Assembly: GCA_040220235.1 (NCBI GenBank)
Contig: JAVJTO010000075.1
Strand: one strand, 5' to 3'
DNA from: Coleofasciculus sp. B1-GNL1-01
GTDB taxonomy: Bacteria > Cyanobacteriota > Cyanobacteriia > Cyanobacteriales > Coleofasciculaceae
Length of the DNA: 64,000 nt
The position numbers were made by a program, and so were the translations under genes. The notes beneath the pieces are model-generated. The model saw only the letters and a program-made list of their open reading frames with translations, was not told where the DNA came from and made no database searches. Below, piece after piece: positions 50,649 to 60,977 of this stretch; position 1 is the first letter of the stretch; the number at the start of each line of letters is the position of its first letter.

Positions 50649-51524
50649 ATGTACGAAGAACAAATCCTCGGTCTTTGGTTAGCAGGACCTAAGGGAACCG
50701 TTTACTCCCTAGCGATGAGTCCCGATGGCAAGACTTTAATTAGTGGTGGCGGTGATACAATTGTGCGCGTCTGGGATTTAAGCAATGGAGAGGAACTCTC
50801 CTGTTTTAGAGGTCATTCTGACTGGGTGCATGGGGTAGCCATAAGTCCAGATAGTCAAACCTTGGTGAGTGGGAGTTTTGATCGCACGCTGAAAGTGTGG
50901 AACCTGAAAAATGGGCAGGAACGATACACTCTAAAAGGTCACTCTGACCGAGTATATTGTGTGACAATTAGTCCTGACGGACAGAGAATTTATAGCGGTA
51001 GTCAGGATACAACAATTAAAGTTTGGGATATTAACAACGGTACTGAACTACACACCCTAACCGAACCATCAGACTGGGTATATTCCCTCGCCATCAGTTC
51101 AGATGGTCAACGATTGGTTAGTGGTTGTGCTGATGGTACGATTTGGATTGGTTCTCGGAAAATACTCACAGGTCATGCAGGTAGCGTTACCTCCGTGGCG
51201 ATTAGTCCCAATGGGAAAATATTGGTGAGTAGCAGTATTGACAAAACGATTAAACTTTGGGATTTGAGAACAGGAGAGGAAATTCGCACACTGACGGGTC
51301 ATGCGGGAACCGTTACTTCAGTGACAATTAGCCGAGATGGACGCCGAATTCTTAGTGGAAGTAACGATAAAACTGTAAAGGTTTGGGATTTACAGACAGG
51401 TGAAGTCCTGCACACGATTAGTGATCATATAGAAGCAGTTTTAGCGGTAGCAATTAGTCCAGATGGACGAACTCTAGCTAGTGGTAGCCAGAATGACGTG
51501 ATTAAAATTTGGGGGGTAAAATAA
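50649..51524 (+). CDS. WD40 repeat protein (about 7 blades, no catalytic domain)
   Basis: Repeated GH...V..VAISPDG..L.SGS.D.T.K.WD. Confidence 0.9.
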   Translation: MYEEQILGLWLAGPKGTVYSLAMSPDGKTLISGGGDTIVRVWDLSNGEELSCFRGHSDWVHGVAISPDSQTLVSGSFDRTLKVWNLKNGQERYTLKGHSDRVYCVTISPDGQRIYSGSQDTTIKVWDINNGTELHTLTEPSDWVYSLAISSDGQRLVSGCADGTIWIGSRKILTGHAGSVTSVAISPNGKILVSSSIDKTIKLWDLRTGEEIRTLTGHAGTVTSVTISRDGRRILSGSNDKTVKVWDLQTGEVLHTISDHIEAVLAVAISPDGRTLASGSQNDVIKIWGVK

Positions 51525-51722
51525 GCAATGCGGAAGATAGGAAAAATGAGGGTAGTCTCAATGTAGCAGGTTACATCTGAAACATCTAGTCAGAGCGGGT
51601 TTTGAGCCAAGGCTATCATTAATTAATAACGAAACGAAACTTCCTAAACCATTCCCTACAGATGTACCTCAAAACCATGTCCTTGAGCCAAGCAAATACT
51701 CTTACCTAATCACCAATCACCA

Positions 51723-52586
51723 ATGATAGTACTTGCCAATATCGCTGCCCCAAAAATTCTCAATATGACAGGTAATGTCGCAATTATTTTCAGTATTATT
51801 CCTGTCGAAGCCCTGGTTATTTGGAGTTTATTCAAGTTCCGCTCAAAAGTTAAATTAGGCATATATAAAGTCCTAATTATGACTCTAGTTGCCAACATTG
51901 CTACATCAATTATAGGTATTCCCTTCGCGTTTAATAATATGTACACTGGCAGTCCAGGAACAGCTGTCTTTAGTTTACCTATTTTCTTTGTATTCTCTTG
52001 CTTAATTGAATGGAGCTTATACATTTCTCTATTTAAACCTAAAAATAGTCGGAATCCAGAGGGAAACTTATTTCTAGCCACTTTTTTGAGTAATTTAGCT
52101 AGTTACGCCATTTTTTTCTTCGTCTTGCTTCCAGTTAGCTACCCATCAAATTTACTTTGGCAACCCAATCCGGAACGCGCCCATTGGGAAGCTAAACAGG
52201 TAATTCCTACGATCTTAAGTTACCAATATGACTTCTATGGTAGAAATTCACAATTTGCTTCTACATTTAAAGAATTGACAGGCTCTACTGAAGAGCATCC
52301 TTTTGGTTTTTCCAAAATTCAATTGATGAATGACCGTACAATAGAAAATGAATTCCACCAATTTAAACTCTCTGCTGATCTAGATAAAACAACTGTAAAA
52401 GTTACAGCAAAACGTGAAACATTCAAAAGCTACACGGCAATAATCGTGGTAGCTAACGAGAAATCTGAAAATGACTTGTTGCGTGGGATTTGCCAAACTG
52501 ATCAACCCTCTATAGTTCCTCCAGATAATCCTCAACTCATAGAAGGTAAAATTCAATGCCCATCGGGTTCATCTTTTCTATATTGA
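51723..52586 (+). CDS. Four-TM membrane protein with C-terminal type IV pilin-like G/H domain
   Basis: Four hydrophobic segments, then EAKQ...I...Q..FY.....FAS.F.EL, KSYTA, ICQT..P...P......CP.GS. Confidence 0.65.
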   Translation: MIVLANIAAPKILNMTGNVAIIFSIIPVEALVIWSLFKFRSKVKLGIYKVLIMTLVANIATSIIGIPFAFNNMYTGSPGTAVFSLPIFFVFSCLIEWSLYISLFKPKNSRNPEGNLFLATFLSNLASYAIFFFVLLPVSYPSNLLWQPNPERAHWEAKQVIPTILSYQYDFYGRNSQFASTFKELTGSTEEHPFGFSKIQLMNDRTIENEFHQFKLSADLDKTTVKVTAKRETFKSYTAIIVVANEKSENDLLRGICQTDQPSIVPPDNPQLIEGKIQCPSGSSFLY

Positions 52587-52592
52587 AGAATT

Positions 52593-53660
52593 ATGAATTT
52601 TAGCATTCCTGGTATTCCTAAAAATAAGCGGTATATTTTACCAACTGTTTTAGGATTGGCACATGGTAGTGCTGATGCAGCCGCAGGTTTTCTACTGGCT
52701 ACTTTACTGCAAAGGCTATCCCTAGAACAAAGTAGTTTTCTCATCTTACTTTACAACGGATTAGCTTTTGGGTATCAGCCCATAGTTGGGATGATCACCG
52801 ATAAACTCAAACGTCCCCGTATTGCTGTTTTAATGGGATTATTGCTACTGAGTCTGGCGCTAGTTTCAGCCAATTGGCAACCCCAATTCGCGATAATTTT
52901 AGCGGGAATCGGTTCAGCCGCGTTTCATGTTGGCGGGGGGGCGATAGCGGTTTGGGTAACGCCTAAATCGACTCTGGGTGCGGGATTATTTGCTGCACCA
53001 GGGGTGGTAGGATTAGCGGTGGGTGGTGGGTTAGGATTAGCCGGATATGAAGGGACAGGGTTATTGGTATCGCTACTTTGTATGATCATGATAGCGATCG
53101 CGCGAATACCTTTGCCTAAACTTCCCTATCGTCAAACTTCTGATCCTGACTTGGTTCAGGAATCGGCGGTTGTGGATCAGGATTTAGTCTTGCTGATATT
53201 ATTGAGTGCGATCGCGTTAACGTCTCTAGTTTGGACTAGCTTTGATTTTCTACTACAGGGTAATATTCCAGCTTTAATTGCGATCGCGATCGCTGCCGCT
53301 GTTGGTAAAATTTTGGCAGGAATTTGGGCAACAGCTTGGGGGTGGCGATTGTGGACAATGGGAACCTTAGCCCTATCCAGCCTGTTACTGGTAATTGGCG
53401 GACATCATTTGTTTACCTTACTGCCAGCCGTGGCGCTATTACAATCGAGTATCCCAGTTACATTAGCCGCCACAGCCCACCTGATGCCAGAACAACCCGC
53501 CACAGCCGCAGGATTTGCATTAGGATTAGCGATCGCGATCGGTGGTATTCCCGTCATGGGTGGGTTGGGCAAGATAATCAGTTTATCACTTATTTCTGCG
53601 GCGTTGGTGATAGTAGTCATGCTGTTATTGGTATGGGTGTTTAGTCGCAAAGCTGGGTAG
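52593..53660 (+). CDS. MFS-like polytopic membrane protein
   Basis: About 11-12 TM segments; LAHG..D, YN.LAF..QP..G...DK, AAFHVGGG, APG..GLA. Confidence 0.75.
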   Translation: MNFSIPGIPKNKRYILPTVLGLAHGSADAAAGFLLATLLQRLSLEQSSFLILLYNGLAFGYQPIVGMITDKLKRPRIAVLMGLLLLSLALVSANWQPQFAIILAGIGSAAFHVGGGAIAVWVTPKSTLGAGLFAAPGVVGLAVGGGLGLAGYEGTGLLVSLLCMIMIAIARIPLPKLPYRQTSDPDLVQESAVVDQDLVLLILLSAIALTSLVWTSFDFLLQGNIPALIAIAIAAAVGKILAGIWATAWGWRLWTMGTLALSSLLLVIGGHHLFTLLPAVALLQSSIPVTLAATAHLMPEQPATAAGFALGLAIAIGGIPVMGGLGKIISLSLISAALVIVVMLLLVWVFSRKAG

Positions 53661-53794
53661 AAGGGTAAGTCTTTTTTACCAATAATTACAGGTATGAAAC
53701 GATATGGATTGATATGATATCAAAACGTTAATTCCCCTAACCAAGGACGAATAACGTAGCTTGCTTCTCGCCAAGCGAGTATGACAAATGACAA

Positions 53795-54337
53795 TTACTC
53801 TTGAGTAATTACCCGCACCAAAGTAGCAGTATCAAAGGCATCGGAGGGATAATAAACCGTCTCATAATCATTGATCGCGATTATCGCTTTTTTCGGTTGA
53901 GTACCCTGTCCACCCAATTGCTGTTTAGCGACTTCGGGATTATTGAAACAAAACCAAACTTGGCGATCATCGCCCCGAAATCTGGGTAGCTGTTTGGCGG
54001 CGGCTTCATCAACAACAAAACAGGGGATCTTGGTGTTTCCTGGAAGCTGATGATTAGGTTCATAAGTCCCAGTGAGAGCAATTTGACCTCGAAATTGGAC
54101 TCGACCAATTACACCATACTCAGGTAATGAGTCAGCTTGAACCGAAACGACTTCTAGACCCATAAATTCCTCTCCTGGTTCGAGTTGATGGGGGTCAAAG
54201 TGGTTATCAACCGCTTTCAACTCAAAGGATAAGTCTTTAGTCGGTGTCGGGGATAGCTTAGTCTTAGCGGCTAATGCAGCCGTACTCCCTAAGCACAGGA
54301 GTGAAATAAGTGCGATCGCGGTTGGATGTTGACGCAT
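53795..54337 (-). CDS. Exported hypothetical protein
   Basis: Signal peptide ending ALA-A; two Cys; 180 aa. Confidence 0.65.
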   Translation of the reverse strand: MRQHPTAIALISLLCLGSTAALAAKTKLSPTPTKDLSFELKAVDNHFDPHQLEPGEEFMGLEVVSVQADSLPEYGVIGRVQFRGQIALTGTYEPNHQLPGNTKIPCFVVDEAAAKQLPRFRGDDRQVWFCFNNPEVAKQQLGGQGTQPKKAIIAINDYETVYYPSDAFDTATLVRVITQE

Positions 54338-54548
54338 GGGGAAATAATCTCATTTAGAGTGAATCGATAAGGCTACACTATCGATCATGACTCTATATTC
54401 GCTAAACTGACGAGCTTGTGCATCACTCCATAGGAGCAAAATTAAGCTGTTTAGTATTTAAACCCTAATGTCAATAATGACGAAACCCTTGTAGTGCGAG
54501 CATCTTGATCGCTACTAAGAATTTTGGGCTATTTGATATGCATTGTTC

Positions 54549-55070
54549 CTAAAGGATATCCTCGGCATCCGCCGCCAACACCTGATCGACTGTTAAAGTA
54601 AGGTTAGGAAATGTTTGACAGGGAATAGTTTCTCCTGGCAAATACTCACATCGTTGATATTCCCCATTACCCAGCGTTAGCACAATAACTTTCTTCCCCT
54701 TCCCGCGCCAGCAATATTTAGCTGGAATTTGACCCCAATAATCAACAATCCAATATTCCGGCACTCCGATTGCTTGGTACTCCTCTTGTTTGTCCACCAA
54801 ATCCGTAGACCAATTACTTGAGGCAATCTCAACAATCATAAATGGTTTAGTCGTAATCCCTCGGCTGGGTCGATCTTCAAAGAAAGTCTTGGGTCGTTCA
54901 ATAATAGCAATATCTGGTCGTCTCGCTTTTGCTTCGTCCAGAAAGAGTGCATTTCGCTTGCTTAATCTATCCTATCTGGAAGTGTCAGGAGTGCGATCGC
55001 GCAAAGCAAAGCGTGTCCGATAGGACGTATCGCGAACCACTCCCTCAGTTTCCTGGATAGTCAGCGTCAT
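54549..55070 (-). pseudogene. Disrupted Uma2-family (DUF820) endonuclease
   Basis: RRPDIAI...PFMIVEIASS...D...K..EY...GVPEYWIVD intact, but the same frame upstream has a TAG and a HIP1-associated repeat insertion after MTLTIQE. Confidence 0.7.
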
Positions 55071-55343
55071 TGGCTACTCAGCCGGATTCATATAAAGATC
55101 TACTGGATTGACACAGCTAAAATGGTGGAATAGATTGTAGGTTGAGTTGATCACAGGAAACCCAACAGGATATAGGGCTAAAGTTCCCTACTACAAGTCG
55201 AATCTAATCCATCAAATAAGGTGTGCCACGCCAGTACGATAGCCAAGCCAAGGCTCGACAAACAGGATTTCGACAGCATTTATCTGTCAATCTCTGAATC
55301 GATAACGCTACACTATCGATCATGACCCATATTCGCTGAACTG

Positions 55344-57185
55344 ATGAGTCTGTGTATCAATCCCAAGTGTCAGAATCCCGATAATCCCGATAATCTGCTC
55401 TATTGCCAAAGTTGTCAGTCTGAATTGCTATTGGAGGGACGTTATCGGGTTATAAATCTATTGGGCGAAGGCGGTTTTGCTAAGACCTATGAAGTTAGCG
55501 ATCGCACCACTATTCCTAAAGTTATCAAAGTTCTGAGTAAAAATGAACCAAAACCTGTAGAACAATTCCAGCGAGAAGCCCAAGTATTAACTCGGCTGCA
55601 TCATCCCGGAGTTCCCCAAGCAGAGGAATCCTTCACTTTTTACCCTAAAAATAGTCAAGAACCCGTCTATTGTCTGGTCATGGAGAAAATTGAGGGAGAG
55701 AATCTGGAAAAGTGGTTAGAAAATCGGGATAATCGCCCCATTAGTGAAAAGTTAGCGATTGATTGGCTAATTCAACTCGCCAACACACTACACGCCGTTC
55801 ATCAACAGCAGCTTTTTCACCGAGATATTAAGCCATCGAATATTATGCTCAAGCCAGATGGAGGACTGGTATTAATTGATTTTGGCATAGCGCGAGAAAT
55901 TACAGGAACCTACGAGCAAAAACAAGCAGCAGGACAAGTGACCAAAGTTGTTTCTGACGGTTACTCTCCTCTCGAACAAGTCATTGGTAGTGCTGTTCCC
56001 CAATCAGATTTTTTTGCCTTGGGTCGTACTTTTGTCCATTTACTGACGGGTGAACATCCTCTGAACCTTGGCGATCAGTATCGCCACGATATCTATACCG
56101 ATGAGTTAGAGGATTGGCGTGATCAAGCTCCCCAAATTTCTTCTATCCTAGGAGATTTTATCAATCAACTGATGGCTCGTCCAATTCAGAAACGCCCCGC
56201 CGATACCCAGGCAATTTTGGCACGGTTGGCAGAGATTGAGCAAACTTTGTATCCAAACACACAACAACGACAACCGATCCAATCACCGACTGCAACCAAT
56301 TGGCAAAACTTTATAGCCGATCATGTTTTCGGTGATTTATCTTCTTGCCACTCAGCTTCTGTTACCTCATTAGCTATCAGTGCTGATGGACAAACCTTAG
56401 TTAGTGGTAGCGAAGATAGGATGATCAAAGTGTGGAATTTAGCAAATGAAGAAGAAACTCATTCTTTTAATCATGGAGAGGGTATTCTGTCTGTAGCCAT
56501 CAGCTCAGATGGAAAAATTATCGCTAGTGGTACTGTAAACAAGACAATTAAAGTATGGAATTTAGAAAATCAAAAAGCTACTCAAGTTTTGACTGGGCAT
56601 TCTGGACAGGTTATGTCCCTTGCTTTTCACCCAAAAAACAATAATATTCTTTTTAGTGGGAGCGGAGATAAGACTATTAAAATATGGGATATAAACAATC
56701 AAAAATGTACTCACACTCATACCAAGCATTCAAGTGGTGTAACGTCTATAGCAGTGAGTCCAGATGGAAAAACCATCGTCAGTGGTAGTTATGACAAAAC
56801 AATTATTGTGTTGCCAGATCAAATCCTTGAAAGTCACTCAGATGTAGTTTTCGCTGTCGTAATTAGTCCAGACGGACAAACTGTGATTAGTGGCAGTCGG
56901 GATAAAGAAATCAAGGTATGGAATTTGAGGAGTGGAGAACTGCTCTACACTCTGACTGGGCATAAAGGTTCTGTTTTATCTATAGCAATTAGCCCTGATG
57001 GAAAAACCCTGTTTAGCGGCAGTGAAGATAAAACAGTCAAAGTTTGGGACTTAACTACTCAGCAAGAAATTAATACCCTAACTAAGTATTTAGACGCTGT
57101 AACATCATTGGTGATTAGTCCCGATGGTAAAACCTTAATCAGCGGTAGTCACGATGGTACAATCAAGGTATGGAGTGTGCAGTAA
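55344..57185 (+). CDS. Ser/Thr protein kinase with 4-Cys prefix and C-terminal WD40 repeats
   Basis: MSLCINPKC..C..C, LGEGGFAKT, HRDIKPSN, LIDFG, SDFFALG, about 7 WD40 repeats. Confidence 0.95.
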   Translation: MSLCINPKCQNPDNPDNLLYCQSCQSELLLEGRYRVINLLGEGGFAKTYEVSDRTTIPKVIKVLSKNEPKPVEQFQREAQVLTRLHHPGVPQAEESFTFYPKNSQEPVYCLVMEKIEGENLEKWLENRDNRPISEKLAIDWLIQLANTLHAVHQQQLFHRDIKPSNIMLKPDGGLVLIDFGIAREITGTYEQKQAAGQVTKVVSDGYSPLEQVIGSAVPQSDFFALGRTFVHLLTGEHPLNLGDQYRHDIYTDELEDWRDQAPQISSILGDFINQLMARPIQKRPADTQAILARLAEIEQTLYPNTQQRQPIQSPTATNWQNFIADHVFGDLSSCHSASVTSLAISADGQTLVSGSEDRMIKVWNLANEEETHSFNHGEGILSVAISSDGKIIASGTVNKTIKVWNLENQKATQVLTGHSGQVMSLAFHPKNNNILFSGSGDKTIKIWDINNQKCTHTHTKHSSGVTSIAVSPDGKTIVSGSYDKTIIVLPDQILESHSDVVFAVVISPDGQTVISGSRDKEIKVWNLRSGELLYTLTGHKGSVLSIAISPDGKTLFSGSEDKTVKVWDLTTQQEINTLTKYLDAVTSLVISPDGKTLISGSHDGTIKVWSVQ

Positions 57186-57274
57186 TGATTGTTTATTTAG
57201 ATAGAGTTATTGTATCTAATGTGGCGGCATAGTTTGGTTTATTTAGACATCATTATAGAATGTTATATTTTAAC

Positions 57275-57973
57275 TCAAGTCTCCCATAGTTCCACAATTT
57301 GCAATTCCCAACCTGGAAGCAACTCTGGAATCGTCAAAACATCCCCATCTCTCAATACCATTTCCGGTTGATCCTGCTGATAAACTGTTACCGTTTGCTC
57401 TGTCTCTGGTTCAATAAAAATACCCACAGCCATCCCCATTTCAATCAGCATTTGCAGCTTCGCTTTCTGATATGAACTCGGATCAGTTTCCGCTTCTGTA
57501 CAGCAGCAACATTCCATGATTAAATCTGGTACTAATTCTGGATATGATTCGGGTAACTTTGTCAATCCATTCTGGCGCATATAATCCCGCATTCGTTCAG
57601 CGCGAATGAAACAGTTATCCGGTTCAATCACATCCCCATTCGGCAAAATCCAACCGCAGCGTCCTAAAACATAACCCAAGGGATGATCAGAACCCGTTTT
57701 AACCCAATTCATCAAAGCAAAGCCAAAATTAGACCTTGCTATCGCGGACGCCATTCCCCCACAATTAACAATACAAGGGGACATGATAATGATTCGACCT
57801 CCCCGTAATTCCATCCCATAGTCATCAAACGTTGCTTGTACCCGTTCCAAGTCATGGGGGGTAAAGGGTAAGGATAGGGGTGGACTTAAAATAATTCGTC
57901 CATTCTCTAATTTGGCTGGATAATCGGGAAAAGTCGCCCGAACCTGTTCGAGTTCTTGGGTTGAAAGTGTCAC
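57275..57973 (-). CDS. Uma2-family protein with a duplicated N-terminal module
   Basis: GTG start 57973; LPNGD...PD..F, PDLIME, LTIPELLPGWEL. The N-terminal motif occurs twice. Confidence 0.75.
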   Translation of the reverse strand: MTLSTQELEQVRATFPDYPAKLENGRIILSPPLSLPFTPHDLERVQATFDDYGMELRGGRIIIMSPCIVNCGGMASAIARSNFGFALMNWVKTGSDHPLGYVLGRCGWILPNGDVIEPDNCFIRAERMRDYMRQNGLTKLPESYPELVPDLIMECCCCTEAETDPSSYQKAKLQMLIEMGMAVGIFIEPETEQTVTVYQQDQPEMVLRDGDVLTIPELLPGWELQIVELWET

Positions 57974-58037
57974 GGGTAAAAGAGTGCGATCGCGGAAAGC
58001 AAAGCCTGTCCGATAGGACGTATTGCGTCTAATTCTA

Positions 58038-58880
58038 TCATGAACCTTCCGGTACGTTACTAACAAATTCTGCCAGGGTTTGTGCTGTCAAAGCCACCGT
58101 CACCAAATCCTCTAATTGATCAACTTCAAGTACCTGTAAACGTGGCTCAATATCTGGCGGAACCTGTTCAAAGCGAGTAGCAAGGATACGCAATAACTGT
58201 CGTAATGTCCCTTGGTGAAGCCCTTGCTGTTGAGCCGCTTCTTCGGGTAGGGGAACAAGATTACCCTCTTGATCATAAAATCGTAACCAAACCGCCGTCT
58301 CTCGGTCTATCGTTCCTTGCCAAGTTCCCAACCATAACCCCAATGTCTGACACCACAGCCAACCCTGTTCATTGCCAACTAACGGTTGATATTGTTGAGA
58401 CGCATCCAAATGCCAACCCTGTAAGGAATTGGGATCAAAGGGATTAAAAACAAAGTAATCCGGTGTTCTAAAAATACGCTCATAAATATCTTTCTTTGTC
58501 CCCGTATCCATAGATGCTGTAGAAGGAGACATTAATTCGACAATTACATCAGGGTAACGTCCCCCTTCTTCCCACACAACCCAACCTTGCCGTTCAGTCG
58601 TCCCGTCAACATTTAATACGGCAAAGAAATCGGGTCCTCTAAAATCTCGGTTCCGCGCCTGTTCACTGCTGTAATAGATAAACATATTACCGCTGGTATA
58701 GAAATCATTGCGGTCAAGATAGGCTTGCTGCAACGATCGAATCAGGACATTTATAGCAATACGGTGGCGATTACTTTCCAACGGTTCTCCATCATCAAAG
58801 ATTAAGTCAGTTGGCGGCATGGATGGTTCCCAGCCTACCACAGTTTGGGATGTTGTCTCTTGGGTTACCAAGTCGGACAT
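58038..58880 (-). CDS. Uma2-family endonuclease with DUF4351-like tail
   Basis: EPLESNRH, FRGPDFF, PDVIVELMS.ST...D...KK..YE; tail LLRILATRF...L..LEDL...L. Confidence 0.88.
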   Translation of the reverse strand: MSDLVTQETTSQTVVGWEPSMPPTDLIFDDGEPLESNRHRIAINVLIRSLQQAYLDRNDFYTSGNMFIYYSSEQARNRDFRGPDFFAVLNVDGTTERQGWVVWEEGGRYPDVIVELMSPSTASMDTGTKKDIYERIFRTPDYFVFNPFDPNSLQGWHLDASQQYQPLVGNEQGWLWCQTLGLWLGTWQGTIDRETAVWLRFYDQEGNLVPLPEEAAQQQGLHQGTLRQLLRILATRFEQVPPDIEPRLQVLEVDQLEDLVTVALTAQTLAEFVSNVPEGS

Positions 58881-59621
58881 GATCAGCGTCTCTCTCCACT
58901 AAGGTGCTTTTTTCCAGAACCCTAAATGTATCTTAACAAAAGCGCGATCGCTAAGATAGCAGCTCAAGACAAACACATAATTTTAAAGAAATACTTTCTG
59001 CCATATTCGATTGAGTAAAGGGCGATCCGATCAAATTGAGTGGACACATCTATTGATTTGTGCAAGCGTGTCGCCCTTACCCAATACTTAAAGATTATAT
59101 GCTCCTATCGCCAACAATTCATTTGCTGATTATCTCTATTAATCTTTGATAATCATTGAAAACAAAAAAATCAATTGTTGTTCGTCGTCAGGGCTTGGGT
59201 TCCTCAACCTTGTTAAGTCTCAAGCGTTAATCCAACCTACAACCTCTTCCACCATTGTATGTATGTAGGTAGGGGCATCATCCTTGCGCCCCGCTCAGGG
59301 TCACACTAAGAGGTTTATAATACATTGTCATGATTTCCACCCAGATTTATTGTGATAAAATGGTGTACCCCAAGCCCTCGTTTATATGGTGGCAAATTCT
59401 CATCCTGATCAAATTGTTTTTGGTACTGATGATTGATCAATAATCAATTTAAATACCCTATTCCTTGACATGACTAATGACGATCTAGGTAGGTTGATGG
59501 AAATAAACTTAACCATACCAAGCTATGTAAACAACTCTCAAACCCTTACAAATGACAAATGACGAATGACAAATGACGATCACCGCCATTAACTTAAACT
59601 GTCCCTACCGACTTACTCACT

Positions 59622-60797
59622 ATGTCTCATCGTCCCATTTACCTTGACAACCACGCCACCACCCCCATGGATGAACGGGTGCTAGAGGCGATGCTGCCCT
59701 ATTTTAGAGAACATTTCGGCAACCCTTCCAGTATCAGCCATGCTTATGGTTGGGAAGCAGAAGCGGCGGTAAAACAAGCACGACAAACCCTTGCTGAGGC
59801 TATCCACGCTACACCAAAGGAAATCATCTTCACCAGTGGTGCAACAGAAGCAAATAATCTAGCAATTAAAGGGGTAGCTGAAGCCTATTTCAGTCAAGGG
59901 CGTCATATCATTACCGTCCAAACTGAACATCCAGCCGTACTTGATCCCTGTACCTATTTACAAGACTTAGGATTTGAGGTCACATTTTTGCCTGTCCAAA
60001 AGGATGGACTCGTCAACCTAACCCAGCTAGAAAAAACAATTCGTCCCGATACGATTTTAGTCTCGGTGATGGCTGCCAATAACGAAATTGGCGTATTACA
60101 ACCCCTAGCTGAAATTGGAGAACTCTGTCACCAGCATCAGGTACTCTTCCATACCGACGCTGCCCAGGGGATTGGTAAAATTCCTTTGGATGTTGAGGTG
60201 ATGAATATTGACCTAATGTCCTTCACTGCCCATAAACTGTATGGTCCTAAGGGGATTGGGGTGCTTTATGTCCGCCGCCGTAACCCTAGAGTTAAGTTAG
60301 CGTCACAAATTCAGGGAGGGGGACAAGAACGGGGAATCCGTTCGGGTACCCTCTACACGCCGCAAATCATGGGTTTTGCCAAAGCCGTGGAACTCGGACT
60401 CGCTGAACAAGCCTCTGAATCTCAACGCCTCCGCCAGTTACGGGAACAGCTTTGGAACACCCTGTCTCCGTTAGGGGGAATTCACCTGAATGGTCATCCA
60501 GAACAGCGATTGTCAGGAAATCTTAATATTTCTGTTGAGGGAGTGGATGGTTCTGCCCTACTGTTGGGATTACAGCCTGTTGTCGCCGTGTCATCGGGTT
60601 CAGCTTGCTCATCAAGCCACGTAGCGCCATCCCATGTCCTCTTAGCACTAGGACATTCAAAACCTTTAGCTCATGCCTCAGTCCGGTTTGGCATTGGACG
60701 CTTTAATACAGCCGAGGAAATTGATCGGGTTGCCCAACACGCGATCGCGACAATTGAATCCTTGCGTCAAGCTCAAACCCCTAAAACGTCGGTCTAG
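59622..60797 (+). CDS. iscS: Cysteine desulfurase (IscS/NifS class)
   Basis: YLDNHATT, TSGATEANN, HTDAAQ, AHKLYGPKG, SSGSACSS. Confidence 0.9.
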   Translation: MSHRPIYLDNHATTPMDERVLEAMLPYFREHFGNPSSISHAYGWEAEAAVKQARQTLAEAIHATPKEIIFTSGATEANNLAIKGVAEAYFSQGRHIITVQTEHPAVLDPCTYLQDLGFEVTFLPVQKDGLVNLTQLEKTIRPDTILVSVMAANNEIGVLQPLAEIGELCHQHQVLFHTDAAQGIGKIPLDVEVMNIDLMSFTAHKLYGPKGIGVLYVRRRNPRVKLASQIQGGGQERGIRSGTLYTPQIMGFAKAVELGLAEQASESQRLRQLREQLWNTLSPLGGIHLNGHPEQRLSGNLNISVEGVDGSALLLGLQPVVAVSSGSACSSSHVAPSHVLLALGHSKPLAHASVRFGIGRFNTAEEIDRVAQHAIATIESLRQAQTPKTSV

Positions 60798-60948
60798 TTA
60801 GGGGGATTGGTGATTAGGGATTGGTGATTAAAGATTGGGACAATTCTTCCCTATCTCCCCCAGCTTCCTCATCTCCCCCAGCTTCTCCAGCTTCCCAGCT
60901 TCCCCAGCACCGATAACCCCCTCACAGCTAAACTGATAGTCTTACCCA

Positions 60949-60977
60949 TTAACAATCAACAATCGAAGCAGTATAAT
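60949..60977 (+). promoter_or_regulatory. Sigma70-type promoter of rne, implying a ~475-nt 5' UTR
   Basis: TTAACA-17 nt-TATAAT. Confidence 0.7.

Noticed and set aside
58925..58936. Second target for the TnpB guide (shared AATGTATCTTAA with 44223-44234)
   Set aside because: Only 12 AT-rich nt match, the TAM-proximal bases differ, and there is no adjacent TTGAC.
58890..59620. Possible small genes in the long Uma2-iscS intergenic region
   Set aside because: Only short AT-rich ORFs and degenerate REP pieces; no recognisable motif.
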